A DNA stretch of 63,965 nucleotides, the filler included, from Octopus bimaculoides (lineage: Eukaryota): the NCBI RefSeq assembly GCF_001194135.2. It is 5 parts of 5 records of this genome, joined end to end, with 100 filler letters (N's around TTAATTAATTAA, not from the genome) between each part and the next. Parts side by side here need not be neighbours in the genome. Positions count along the whole stretch, not along the records: positions 19,582 to 44,753 come from NC_068989.1; 4 more parts are not named here. One strand, 5' to 3'. Positions 24,411 to 36,890 of the stretch are shown piece after piece. The stretch's first letter is position 1, and every line of letters starts with the position of its first letter. The notes under the pieces are model-generated. The model ran no database searches and was not told where the DNA came from. It saw nothing but the letters and a program-made list of their open reading frames with translations. Made by a program: the position numbers and the translations under genes.

Positions 24411-25821
24411 TATGTATGTATATACGTGTGTGTGTGTGTGTGTTTATGTATGGAAGGTGTTTTGCTTCCTGCACGAAACATCAAAAAAGAGTAAATACTT
24501 TTATGTTCATCGATTTGCATTCAACGTCTGCATACCCCACCCCCATCGCCATTCCCCGCCACCAGCTCCACCCTGCTATTTTTATTCATTGTTTAAATAC
24601 ACACACACACACATGCATATATATGTGTGTGCGTATACATACATATATATATATATACACATATACATATGCGCATGTCTATGTATATATATATACATAT
24701 GCATGTATATGTCAAATATATATATGTATATATATACATGGGCATATAGGTGTATATATATATATATATATATGTATGTAGGTGTGCATGTTATGTGTGT
24801 ACGTATGTATGTCTGTGTGTTCATCGTTATCTTTTCATTTGAAGATCTAAGAAACATGGAAAGTTCCAAAAAATTCTAATTTCTTCGGTATTTTTTTGTT
24901 TTGCCTTTTTTCTTTTTTGCTTCTCTTTCGTTTCTTTCAATTCAGGTGTTTTTTCGTTTCATTTTCCTTCAATTCCATCTATTTTTTTCTCTCTTCTTAA
25001 TTCTAGTTATCTTGAACGTATGTGTGTGTGTATGTGCAAATAGACACATATATGTATATACATACACACATTCACACACACACACACGCACATGTTATAT
25101 ATCTTTATATGAATGTGTATGTGTGTGTGTATGTATATGTATGAGTGTGTATATGTACACATGTATACATGTTCATATGGATACATACATATGTAGTAAG
25201 TGTGTATGTATGTGTACCTATCCATATGTGCGCGTGTATCCGCGCGCGCATATATATGAATACATATGTATATTATATAGTATATATATATATATATATA
25301 TATATNNNNNNNNNNNNNNNNNNNNNNNNNNNNNNNNNNNNNNNNNNNNNNNNNNNNNNNNNNNNNNNNNNNNNNNNNNNNNNNNNNNNNNNNNNNNNNN
25401 NNNNNNNNNNNNNNNNNNNNNNNNNNNNNNNNNNNNNNNNNNNNNNNNNNNNNNNNNNNNNNNNNNNNNNNNNNNNNNNNNNNNNNNNNNNNNNNNNNNN
25501 NNNNNNNNNNNNNNNNNNNNNNNNNNNNNNNNNNNNNNNNNNNNNNNNNNNNNNNNNNNNNNNNNNNNNNNNNNNNNNNNNNNNNNNNNNNNNNNNNNNN
25601 NNNNNNNNNNNNNNNNNNNNNNNNNNNNNNNNNNNNNNNNNNNNNNNNNNNNNNNNNNNNNNNNNNNNNNNNNNNNNNNNNNNNNNNNNNNNNNNNNNNN
25701 NNNNNNNNNNNNNNNNNNNNNNNNNNNNNNNNNNTATCCGTAGTTTTGTGAAGATGCGGTTACTATTTCTTGGAATCCTCATCGTTATTGTTGTAGTTAT
25801 ATACATATATTTATACATATA

Positions 25822-26010
25822 TCGTGGCACTCCGTCGGTTACGACGACGAGGGTTCCAGTTGATCCGATCAACGGAACAGCCTGCTCGTGAAATTAACGT
25901 GCAAGTGACTGAGTACTCCACAGACACGTGTACCCTTAGCGTAGTTCTCGGGGATATTCAGCGTGACACAACGTGTGACAAGGCTGACCCTTTGAATTAC
26001 AGGCACAACA
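25822..26010 (-). mobile_element. 3' part of the same SINE family as 22709-22988
   Basis: Shared GTTGATCGGATCAACT(A/G)GAAC(G/C)CTCGTC..CGTAACCGACGGAG. Confidence 0.85.
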
Positions 26011-26139
26011 GAAACAGGAAGTAAAGAGTAAGAGAAAGTTGTGGTGGAAGAGTACAGCAGGGTTCGCCACCACCACACAGCTATGCTTATACATTCCCCT
26101 ACTACCTCTACTGCAATTGCTACTATCGTCAAGAGCACC

Positions 26140-26402
26140 TGAACTACGTATCACTACTACTGCTACCACACCCCACCACCACCATCACCACAACAACAAC
26201 AACAAGAACAACAACATCTGCCACCACCACCACCACCACTACCACCGCCATCACCACATACACACACACTATACTAAAATCGCAACTAGCACAACCACTA
26301 TCAACCACTATCAACCACTACCACAACCCCACATGTACTACTACTACGACTACTACTGCTTCGACTACTACTACTACTACTACTACGACTACTACTACTT
26401 CG

Positions 26403-26438
<36 letters not shown>

Positions 26439-26665
26439 GCTACGACTACTACTACTACGACTACTACTACTACGACTACTACTACTACGACTACTACTAC
26501 TACGACTACTATATTCACTACTATCATCACCACCACCACCACTACTACTACTACAACTACCACTACCTCCACTACAACCACTGTCACCACCACCACTACC
26601 AGTATAGCATCTACTACTACCACCACCACCACTACTACTACTATTACAAACACCTACGCTACCAT
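26140..26665. repeat. (TAC/CAC/GAC)n compound microsatellite with 15-nt higher-order units
   Basis: Direct reading (CGACTACTACTACTA repeats at about 26345-26510). Confidence 0.92.
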
Positions 26666-27020
26666 CATCCCCTACCAACCCTTCCACCATTCTGAAATCT
26701 CGTCTGTTGTTCCTACGAAAAGAACTTCGTAACATATTTTCTTTCTTTTTTCCCTTTCTCCTTCCATTTTCTCTTTGTTCTTTCTTTCTCTCTCTTCTTT
26801 TTTTTTACTTTCCTACTTCCGTCTTCTCCTCGCCTCCCCGCTCCCACACAAGTTTAGCTCAACATTCCTTCATTTTTTAAATCATTGGCTTGGTTATATA
26901 CATGCTCACATATGCATCGTCACATAAACAGTCAATATATATATACGTATATATGTGTGTGTGTGTGTGTATGTATATGTGTGTGTGTATATATATATAT
27001 ATATATCTATATATATATAT

Positions 27021-27071
27021 ATATTATATTATATTATATTATATTATATTATATTATATTATATTATATTA
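27021..27071. repeat. (ATATT)n pentanucleotide microsatellite
   Basis: Direct reading. Confidence 0.95.
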
Positions 27072-27116
27072 TTTAACCTACCATTTCTTTTAAAATTTTA
27101 ACCTTGTGATTCAATT

Positions 27117-27205
27117 AACTCTGATGGAAGAAATAAAGAGTATTGCTATGGTTGGAGTTAGCTCGCTCATAGCAACCTATATCTTTCAGAAACGGCCGTA
27201 AGACT
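27117..27205 (+). ncRNA. Degenerate hammerhead-ribozyme-like motif with long stem II
   Basis: CTGATGG (A9>G) ... TTGCTATG/CATAGCAA stem ... GAAA-CGGCCG-T-A. Stem III is the perfect palindrome ACGGCCGT, cleavage triplet GUA. Confidence 0.45.
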
Positions 27206-27574
27206 TTATACATAGACTTTATACATGTTCCAGACTCCTTATGAATCAGTTTACATCCGCTTTATCATCCTCTCCATTCGGACTTTGCAAATACATTTAT
27301 GGACTTACACTTTTTATATATTTACATTTATGAATTTTTATATTTGTATGAATTTTTATATATTTATAAATTTTCGTGTATATGGATGTATTTATAAATT
27401 CTTAGAAAATTTTCACATATCATATAGATGAATGCATCTATGTATGTACCTTGTATACCATGGAGAATTTCGTTAATATGGATCGAATGAATATATACAT
27501 CGGCCTTTAAATTAGTTTTCTCCTCTCCTTAAAAAGAAACATTATAAAATGCTTATGTAATATTGTATTATTTA

Positions 27575-27782
27575 AAGGTGGCGAGATGACAGAATCGTTA
27601 GCACGCCGGGCCAAATGCTTAGCAGTATTTCGTCTGTCTTTACGTTCTGAGTTCAAATTCCACCGAGGTCGACTTTGCCTCTCATCCTTTCGGGGTCGAT
27701 AAATTAAGTACCAGTTGTGATCTAATCGACTGCCCCCCTCTCCCAAAATTTCGGGCCTTGTGCCTAGAATAGAAAAGAATAT
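27575..27782 (+). mobile_element. OK-like SINE, near full length
   Basis: Colinear with 15655-15839. Confidence 0.9.
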
Positions 27783-27949
27783 TGTATTGTTTGTTTGCAA
27801 AATAAATATAAGATAAAAAAAATTGTCAACTTTTGTTGTATTCATTATAAATATTGTTTCCGGTATAACTTAATATTACTAAAAGATATTACCGGTTTCT
27901 GGCACACTGGAAAAAAAAGAACTACCAGTACGTCACATCATGTAGTTTG

Positions 27950-28045
27950 AGAAGTACTACAGTAGAAGACACTTGCCCAAAGTACCGAGCCGTGGGACCG
28001 AACCCGAAATCAAGTGGTTACAAGCGTCTTAACCATACAACTATG
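27950..28045 (-). mobile_element. Degenerate OR-like SINE fragment
   Basis: AGTAGAAGACACTTGCCCAAAGT...GGGACCGAACCCG. Confidence 0.7.
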
Positions 28046-28514
28046 TCTATTTTGTTTTTTTTTATCTGACATTTTCGTAGCGCGTTGTGCTTGCTAATGG
28101 TGTGTGTGTGTGTGTGTTCAGTTAAAATATATTATCTCGCACCAAGAAGTTTTACTGCAAACTTAAACATCAGCGAGACGAACAACAGAAAGAACTGAAC
28201 GTCTTCATATACTTCTATGCAATGGCACATTCCACTTGCCAAAAACGGGATCGTTCGTAGTGCAATTTCAACGACATGTGCAAGACATCATGCTATCTCT
28301 CGAGTTTTGATTTTATATTTTCTGTTTTATTCAAAAATATATAACAATTTACATATCAAACTTAACAAAAGTTATGATTCAGTATTTCATGTTAAAAACA
28401 AAACACAGATTGCCAGCACACATTCGTATTGGAAGAGGCAGACGATGTTTAAGCTGTAATTCAATATAAACGTTGAAATATGTTTCCCTTCGAGACATTA
28501 CTAATGGAAGAATC

Positions 28515-28915
28515 ACTAACACGCCGGACAAAATGTTTCGTAAGATTTCTTCCGTCTTTACGTTCTGGGTTCAAATCCTGCTTTGTCTTTCATTCTTTCT
28601 GGGTCGATAAAATAAGCATCAATTGAGTACTTGGGTCGATGTAATCAACTTAATCCCCGACTCCCGATTCTGCCGAAAATGCTGGCCTTGTGCCAAAATT
28701 TGAAGTCAGTATTAAGGCAGCAAGCATGTAGAATTGTTAGTACGCCGGACAAAATGTTTCGCGGCATTTCTTCCGGCTTTACGTTCTGAGATCAAATTCC
28801 GCCAAGGTGAACTTTGTCTTTTATCCTTTCGAGGTCGATATAATAAAGTACCCGTTGCGTACTTGGATCGATATATTCGACTGGACCCCTCTCCCAAAAT
28901 TTCAGGCCTTGTACG
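28515..28915 (+). mobile_element. Two adjacent OK-like SINE copies
   Basis: Repeated ACGCCGGACAAAATGTTTCG...TTTACGTTCTG...GGTCGAT. Confidence 0.8.
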
Positions 28916-28959
28916 ACACATCTTTCACGTCTTTATGTTCTGTGTTCAAACTTTATTTC

Positions 28960-29360
28960 AAGTGTCTTGCTCAAGAACACAACACGCAGCCCGGTCCAGG
29001 AATCGAACAAACAACCTCACGATCGTAAGCTCGACGCTTTAACTATAGAGCTTACGATCATGAAGTTGTGAGTTCGATTCCCGGACCGGGCTGTGTGTTG
29101 TGTTCTTGAGCAAGACACTTTATTTCACATTGCTCCAGTTCACTCAGCTGTAGAAACGAGTTGTGACGTCACTGGTGCCAAGCTGTATCGGCCCCTTTGC
29201 CTTTCTCTTGGATAACACTGGTGGCGTGGAGAGGAGGAGGCTGGTATGCATGGGCAACTGCTGGTCTTCCATAAACAACCTTGCCCGGACTTGTGCCTCG
29301 GAGGGTTACTTTCTAGGTGCAATCCCATGGTCAGTCATTACCGAAAGGGGTCTCAACAAT
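28960..29360. mobile_element. Head-to-head inverted pair of CORE-like SINE sequences
   Basis: Arms 28960-29032 (-) and 29048-29120 (+); the plus copy continues to about 29360. Confidence 0.85.
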
Positions 29361-31414
29361 GTATGTATGTATGTATGTAGACCTGTCAAAGGGCGGAAGA
29401 TCTCATGAGCAGTCAACGGCCACCCAACAATATGTGTACATGTGTATGTGTGCATGTATGTGTTCGCGGGGACGGGGAAATACCTAGGTTGGTGTCCAGG
29501 CGCGCGGTTGGCCCACTGGGAGTGGGAGACTTCTGTCTTGTTGTCACAACATCTCCCTAGGAGAGGGAAACTCTGAGAGAAAACCTGTGACACTGACGAT
29601 CTTCAATGATGTAGACTAGTTCTTCTTTTCGAGTCTATGTTGTCCGTGTTCAGAGAGTGGGATTGGATTTGTGCAAATCCTTTCCGTCACTATGAAAAAC
29701 TATCATGCACAGGGGCATCACTTGAAAAAAAAAGTAAGACCAACCACAAAAATGGCTGGTCCTAGCCTTCGCATGTGTGGGACTTTCGATCAGACGATGG
29801 CAATACTCAAACACGAATTTCCGGCCATCATTTTTTATGTATGTATGTTTGTATGTATACATGTATACATATAACTATCTATCTATTGATCTATCCATCT
29901 ACCAGACTTTCTGCGTCTCTCTCTCTGCTATCTACCTGCTTAATGTTATTCCTATCTCCGTCAAGGCGCTTAACTATTAAACCCTAATCCAGCAACAAAC
30001 ATCATACTGTTTCTTATATTTGTCTGTTTTACTTTATACTCTTTGATAATCTCGTCATTCAGTTTATCTGTGTTCCTGCCATTGCCAGAAACCACATTTA
30101 ACTGCAAAGTCACCAGACTCGCATTTAGTATACACACACAGATATACACATGCATGCATTCAGGCTTACGTACATAGATACATATGTGTGTGCATGAGAA
30201 AGAATGTATGTGTATATGTGCATTTATATACGGGTATGTATACATATTCTTTCCATCTAACTTTCTGCCTTTGTAGCTTTTACAGCTGCATGTGTATATG
30301 TATATGTGTTTGTGTATGTTTGTCTATATGCATGTATGCATGTATTTATACATGCATATATTTATATGTACGTGTATACATACGCTCACGCACATACATA
30401 TATACACACTTATATGTATGAATATATATATANNNNNNNNNNNNNNNNNNNNNNNNNNNNNNNNNNNNNNNNNNNNNNNNNNNNNNNNNNNNNNNNNNNN
30501 NNNNNNNNNNNNNNNNNNNNNNNNNNNNNNNNNNNNNNNNNNNNNNNNNNNNNNNNNNNNNNNNNNNNNNNNNNNNNNNNNNNNNNNNNNNNNNNNNNNN
30601 NNNNNNNNNNNNNNNNNNNNNNNNNNNNNNNNNNNNNNNNNNNNNNNNNNNNNNNNNNNNNNNNNNNNNNNNNNNNNNNNNNNNNNNNNNNNNNNNNNNN
30701 NNNNNNNNNNNNTATATATATACACTTATATGTATATATATATATATATACTTATGTGTATGCCAGTCTATTCATAAAAACCACGAGTAATTATCCTCGG
30801 GACTTTGTTTATATATAATAATAGTCTTGAACCAACATTTCTGCTCTGTCTACAAACTGCTCTCGTCTAACAGCAGACAATAGAGTCACGTGACGTAGGA
30901 TTGCAACCTCCAGTCAGCACTGCTCGTTCTATTGTTGGTAGGAATATTCATCCGATCTGATGCTGTTGTATTAAGCAGAATCGTTAAAGCGTCTAGGGAA
31001 CCGTTTTACAGTATTTTTTTCTTCTTTTTTTTTTGCGTTACACTTTGTTCTGAGTTCAAATCCCGCCACGGTCGACTTTGTCTTTTGACATTTTTGAGAT
31101 CGATAAAACAAATGCTAGTTAGATATTGACCTATTGTAACCGTTTTCTCCGTCGTTTTGTACAAATTTCAGTCCCTTAGCTACGGTCGGTCAGTGGTCGT
31201 GCAGATGGCTGCTATCTAAGCAGAAACACGTGTCTATGGCTGATTTCCCATCTCCAGACAATAAGCCCGTTCTTTTCCTTAATGGCATCTCAACTTTGAA
31301 GATATTTGATTTTCGAGATCATCTCCCCTTCTCATGTGACGCCGGTCTCGACTGCAATTGGATCAATATGACACTCCAGATCATTTAGATAAATCAGGAA
31401 ATTAATTCGAATGG

Positions 31415-31690
31415 TAGGAGTGGCTGTATGGTAAGTAGCTTGCTTACGGACCACATGGTTCCGGGTTCAGTCCCACTACGTGGCTCCTTGGGCAAGTGTT
31501 TTCTACTATAGCCTCGGGCCGACCAAAGCCTTGTGAGTGGATTTGGTAGACGGAAACTGAAAGAAGCCCGTCAAATATATGTATATATATGTATGTGTGT
31601 GTATATGTTTGTGTGTCTATGTTTGTTCCCCCAACATCGCTTGACAACCGATGCTGGTGTGTTTACGCAAATGACTGAAACAAGTAAAAG
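31415..31690 (+). mobile_element. OR-like SINE with internal microsatellite and truncated tail
   Basis: GGAGTGGCTGTATGGTAAGTAGCTTGC head ... CTTGACAACCGATGCTGG ... ATGACTGAAACAAGTAAAAGA. Confidence 0.9.
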
Positions 31691-32798
31691 AGTCAAACAT
31701 ACACATATGTGTGTGTGTATTCTTTTATTCTTTTACTTGTTTCAGTCATTTGACTGCGGCCATGCTGGANNNNNNNNNNNNNNNNNNNNNNNNNNNNNNN
31801 NNNNNNNNNNNNNNNNNNNNNNNNNNNNNNNNNNNNNNNNNNNNNNNNNNNNNNNNNNNNNNNNNNNNNNNNNNNNNNNNNNNNNNNNNNNNNNNNNNNN
31901 NNNNNNNNNNNNNNNNNNNNNNNNNNNNNNNNNNNNNNNNNNNNNNNNNNNNNNNNNNNNNNNNNNNNNNNNNNNNNNNNNNNNNNNNNNNNNNNNNNNN
32001 NNNNNNNNNNNNNNNNNNNNNNNNNNNNNNNNNNNNNNNNNNNNNNNNNNNNNNNNNNNNNNNNNNNNNNNNNNNNNNNNNNNNNNNNNNNNNNNNNNNN
32101 NNNNNNNNNNNNNNNNNNNNNNNNNNNNNNNNNNNNNNNNNNNNNNTCTCTCTCTCTCTCTCTCTCTCTCTAGTTCCAGACATCAAACAGACGGACAAGA
32201 ACGCTCCTTATCAATTAAACCCTTCTTTCTTCTCTCTTACCGTCCCCTTCCTTCTAACCCCCCTCTCTCTCTCTCTTTCTCCACCTCGTCTCCTATCTCT
32301 TCCTCTCCGACCTCCATCCTTAACTCTCGTCTCCCTCTCCCACTTTTGTCCATCCCCCTCACTCTACTCTCTCTGTACCCTCTCGCTTCTCCCCTCCACC
32401 ACCAACATTACGTATCACTCTTACTTTCACTCTCTCTCTCTCTCTCTCTCCCTTCCTGTTCTTCTCCTCACACCACAACCCTTTCGGCCTATTTCCCTCC
32501 ACCACCACCCACTCCACCACTCTTACTGTGAATATCAAATAGACACTCCATATCTGCCACTCCCCTCCTCTGCTGCTGCTTTCATTCACTCATTCACTCT
32601 CTCTTTCTCTCTCTTCTCCCTTCTCTCTCTCTCATATCTCTCTCCTTGTCTCTGTCAGTCTGTCTCTCTCTCTCTCTCACTCTCTCTCTGTCTCTGTTTC
32701 TCTCCTTTCTCTCAACTCTACCTTATCTCTCTCTCATATTTCTCTCTCTGTCTCTGTCAGTCTGTCTCTCACTCTTTTGTCACTCTCTCTCACTCTTT

Positions 32799-32849
<51 letters not shown>

Positions 32850-32924
32850 ACTCTATCTATCTATCTATCTATCTCTCAGTCTCTATCTATCTATCTGCCT
32901 GTCTAACTTCGGCCAAAAAGTCTG

Positions 32925-33040
32925 ATGTAACAAGTAGAAGGCGTAAAAAGCAATATGTACTGGAGTCGATGCATTCGATCAAAAATTCAAGGTGGTGCCC
33001 TAGCATGGCCGCAGTCAAATGACCGAAACAAGTAAAAGAA
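32925..33040 (+). mobile_element. SINE 3' tail fragment
   Basis: GGTGGTGCCCTAGCATGGCCGCAGTCAAATGACCGAAACAAGTAAAAGAAT. Confidence 0.8.
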
Positions 33041-33048
33041 TATATATG

Positions 33049-33258
33049 CAGAGTAATCCCTCGACTATCGCGGCTGTTACGTTCCAAAAACCTCCCACAG
33101 AAATAATTAAAATATAAAAAAATATAAATACCTATCGACCGCAGAAACCCGCGAAATACTGAGTAGTCCGCGATATAAATTTACATTTATTAGCCAGAAA
33201 AAAATCCGCGATGTACCGAGGGCGTGATAGGTGAACCGCGATATGATGAGGGATTGCA

Positions 33259-33260
<2 letters not shown>
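33049..33260. mobile_element. Tigger/pogo-like MITE (second copy)
   Basis: GTAATCCCTCGACTATCGCGG ... GGTGAACCGCGATATGATGAGGGATTGCAG; homologous to 17525-17755. Confidence 0.7.
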
Positions 33261-33304
<44 letters not shown>

Positions 33305-33308
33305 GTAC

Positions 33309-33339
<31 letters not shown>

Positions 33340-34157
33340 CATAAATACATACATACAGACAGACAGACAGACAGACACACAGACACACACACACTCGCAC
33401 ACAGCTGGACATAAAACCCATTCGATAAATACTTTTAAGCCACTCCCTCAGCAGGAACCCACAGAATTTTTTTAGACAATAGACAACTACATTCCCTCTC
33501 TTTCTCTCTAACACCTTGAACTCTATGCTAAACTATATTTAAAGAAGACTTCAGCGAAAAAACTCCAGACATGTTTTGACCACCAAACAGAAGATAAACT
33601 GTTTTTACTTTAAATTTTTATAACTTTTTATTAATATTTGATAAGATGAAATTCATTTTCGAAACCGGTAATATTTTATACTTCCTTTATATAGCTTTCA
33701 AATCATTTAAAAAAATTCTTTCTAAATTGAAATGTCTTAGATTTACTTCTGTGCTGTTTCCACCTCCATCTTTTATATATAAAAAATTTGATTTGTATAG
33801 ATCTCTAATCTTTTTTCAACTAGTAGTACATATATATANNNNNNNNNNNNNNNNNNNNNNNNNNNNNNNNNNNNNNNNNNNNNNNNNNNNNNNNNNNNNN
33901 NNNNNNNNNNNNNNNNNNNNNNNNNNNNNNNNNNNNNNNNNNNNNNNNNNNNNNNNNNNNNNNNNNNNNNNNNNNNNNNNNNNNNNNNNNNNNNNNNNNN
34001 NNNNNNNNNNNNNNNNNNNNNNNNNNNNNNNNNNNNNNNNNNNNNNNNNNNNNNNNNNNNNNNNNNNNNNNNNNNNNNNNNNNNNNNNNNNNNNNNNNNN
34101 NNNNNNNNNNNNNNNNNNNNNNNNNNNNNNNNNNNNNNNNNNNNNNNNNNNNNNNNN

Positions 34158-34198
<41 letters not shown>

Positions 34199-34722
34199 AT
34201 ACGATGTCATCTCATATACCCGCCTATCTGTTACGCTTCTTCCGCCACTAAAGTAACATACACACGCACACTCACACAATCACATAGACACACACAAACA
34301 CAAAACAGACATAGGCACACATATACAGGAACAGAAAGTGGCGTGCTTGCGCAACACACACACACCTACGGACAGGACGTCGTCACATCAGCGGAGTTTG
34401 TTCTTATTCCGTCATCACTATTAAGGCCGCCGCCGCCGCGGCGTTTCCTTTCTCCTTTTTCTCTTTTCTGTCTTTCTTTTAATCTTCCTTCTTCCTCCAT
34501 TCGGTCCCCACCCCTTCCACTCACCACACACAACACTCTTTAAAATCACCTCAACCCCTTCATGACGAAACCCTCGATGCCAACCCAACCACCAAACCCT
34601 CTCTCTTCTCATCATCATTATTACTGCCACCGCTTATATCGACATCACACACACACATCTCTTTACCTACTTCTCACTATCTCTCTCTCTCTCCCAGTCA
34701 TCTCTCCTCTTCCTCTCTCTCA

Positions 34723-34753
<31 letters not shown>

Positions 34754-35433
34754 CTACTCCCCGCTCTCACCCTATCTTTCTTCTTCCTCTTTGTCTCTCC
34801 CATCCCATCTCCCGTCAGCCAAACATCAAACACTTTTACAAGAGACAATTACAAGCTCGTCTGTGTTTGCGCATGCGCGCGCGTGTATTTGTGTATGTGT
34901 CTGCTCGTGTACATGTATGTGTATATGTGTATTCTTCCTGCATATGCCAGTATGCATATGTGTATGTGAATATACGTGAGTGTGTGCACGAATGTATATA
35001 TATATATGTATTCGTGTATGTGCGTTTATGCATGTGTTTATACACATATATTCTGTATATGTGCATGTATATACGTGTGTGTATGTATGTGTGTGTAGAT
35101 GTATATGTGCGCGCATCTGTGTATATCTGTATGCATGTGTTCCCTTCATCGATCCAAGAAATTACGCACAAATTTACCCACACATACACGTACATACATA
35201 CATACATACATACATACACATCCATATATATGTACACATATTCCCATCGTTAATTCATTTCCTCTGTTTCTCTCTCTTCCTCTCTCCCTCCCATCCTCCC
35301 CTTCACTGTTACCCTCCGATTACGCGTGTGACGTGCATAGCATGCATACCGTACATACCAAACTGTGACACACATCATGTCACACAGCCGTGTCACACCT
35401 CACTCTTGAGTGAATATAGCAATGCCTCCTTAC

Positions 35434-35491
35434 CAGGAAGCTTCCACTCTTCATGGATGTACAACAGCAGCAGTAGCTGCAGCAGCAACAT
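35434..35491 (-). CDS. Candidate signal-peptide-like coding exon (unverified)
   Basis: ATG at 35491-35489 gives MLLLQLLLLLYIHEEWKLP-G, followed by a strong phase-1 donor CCTG|GTAAGG. It could be a decayed (CAG)n repeat. Confidence 0.25.
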
Positions 35492-36890
35492 CTCTTTGCT
35501 GCTTGAGAAGCAGGAAGAGGAAACTCTGAGTAACGTCGAAGTTAATTCATCGACTTGTTTACACACACACAAACACACCGGGACACGGACACACATGCAC
35601 ACACACGCTTATCCATCACTCACACGTGCACAGACGCATATTGTACACACACATCGCAAACGCACACACCCTCTCTCTTTCCCTCTCACACATACACACA
35701 CGTATGTCACATACGCATGCGCATCTACATCACACACATTTTAACTCACTCTAATAACTCTGTGTGTGTGTGATCGCGTAGTAAGTCGTTAGAGCGTTAG
35801 GTATTTTCATCTGGCTCTCTGCTCTCTGATTTCAAATCCCGCCAATGTCGACTTTGATTATCATCTTTTAGGGTTCAGTAAGGTGCCACCAACCCAGCTG
35901 TCACGTCTGGGGCATTGAAAAAAGCAAAAGATAAAAGCAAGGTGCTACCATGCTATAAAATTCATCCTCGACTGCATGAAACGGCCCGAAGTTAGTTATA
36001 TAACGCTGACCTTATATATTTTATTATCCAAGGCGGTAAGCTGGCAGAAACGTAAGCACGCCGGAAGAAATTCTGACCGGTATTTTATATGCAGTGGAAT
36101 ACATATATGAATGTCTGTGTGCGTAAGAGGGAAATATCACTGAAAAAATCACATGGGGATCAGTAGCAGCTCATTCAAGATCGGGTATACAAAACATATA
36201 CATTCGTTCAGAAATAGAAACGAAAGCAACTCCTTTATAATATCAAAATATATTTGGTATCTAAAAAAAAAAAACAGAATACTAACTGCAAAGGTGCATA
36301 CATACAACAGCCCAGGTAGCAATTTGAACTCGTATACTGAAAATGTTTGAGATACTGGCCTCACTGCTCAATGTCTTGAATAGAGGAAAGAATAAAAATT
36401 CAAAATTGCAATCTTTCAAACATATTCCTGTTCGAACCGGTTGAATAGTTAAATCCTGGATCTGCAATCGTGAAATTCGTCACTTGACACAAAGCATACA
36501 GCGCAAGACTGAAAATTCTCCATCACTATTTGAAACATTCTGTTTAGGCTTCTCACCTCTCCATATTCTCTAATTAACACATGAAAAACTAACACGGCGT
36601 TAATGCTTTACTGTTTTGTTACTAAAACAGCTCAGCTCCGCGCCAAGTAACGATGATAAACTCTTTATTTCACGTGTCACTTTGTCATGTATCTGATTAG
36701 TAAACTATAATGTGAGTCACCTCATTAACTTTAACAAGCTGCTCATTCAAAAGTCGGATTCGGTTCATAGACTTAAAAACTTCCACATTGAAATACTTAG
36801 GCATTTAACTCTCAGATTTTGCAATGTGTAACCAGAATGGGTTGCAGAGCGTGATTCTGCTAAAATGGCGTTCTAGAAACTTATAACTGA

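Noticed and set aside
26039-26695. Tyr/Asp/His-rich 218-aa ORF superficially like cephalopod reflectin or shell/beak proteins
   Set aside because: It is a pure TAC/CAC/GAC microsatellite. It lacks the Met/Arg-rich reflectin motifs, and other frames and strands are equally open.
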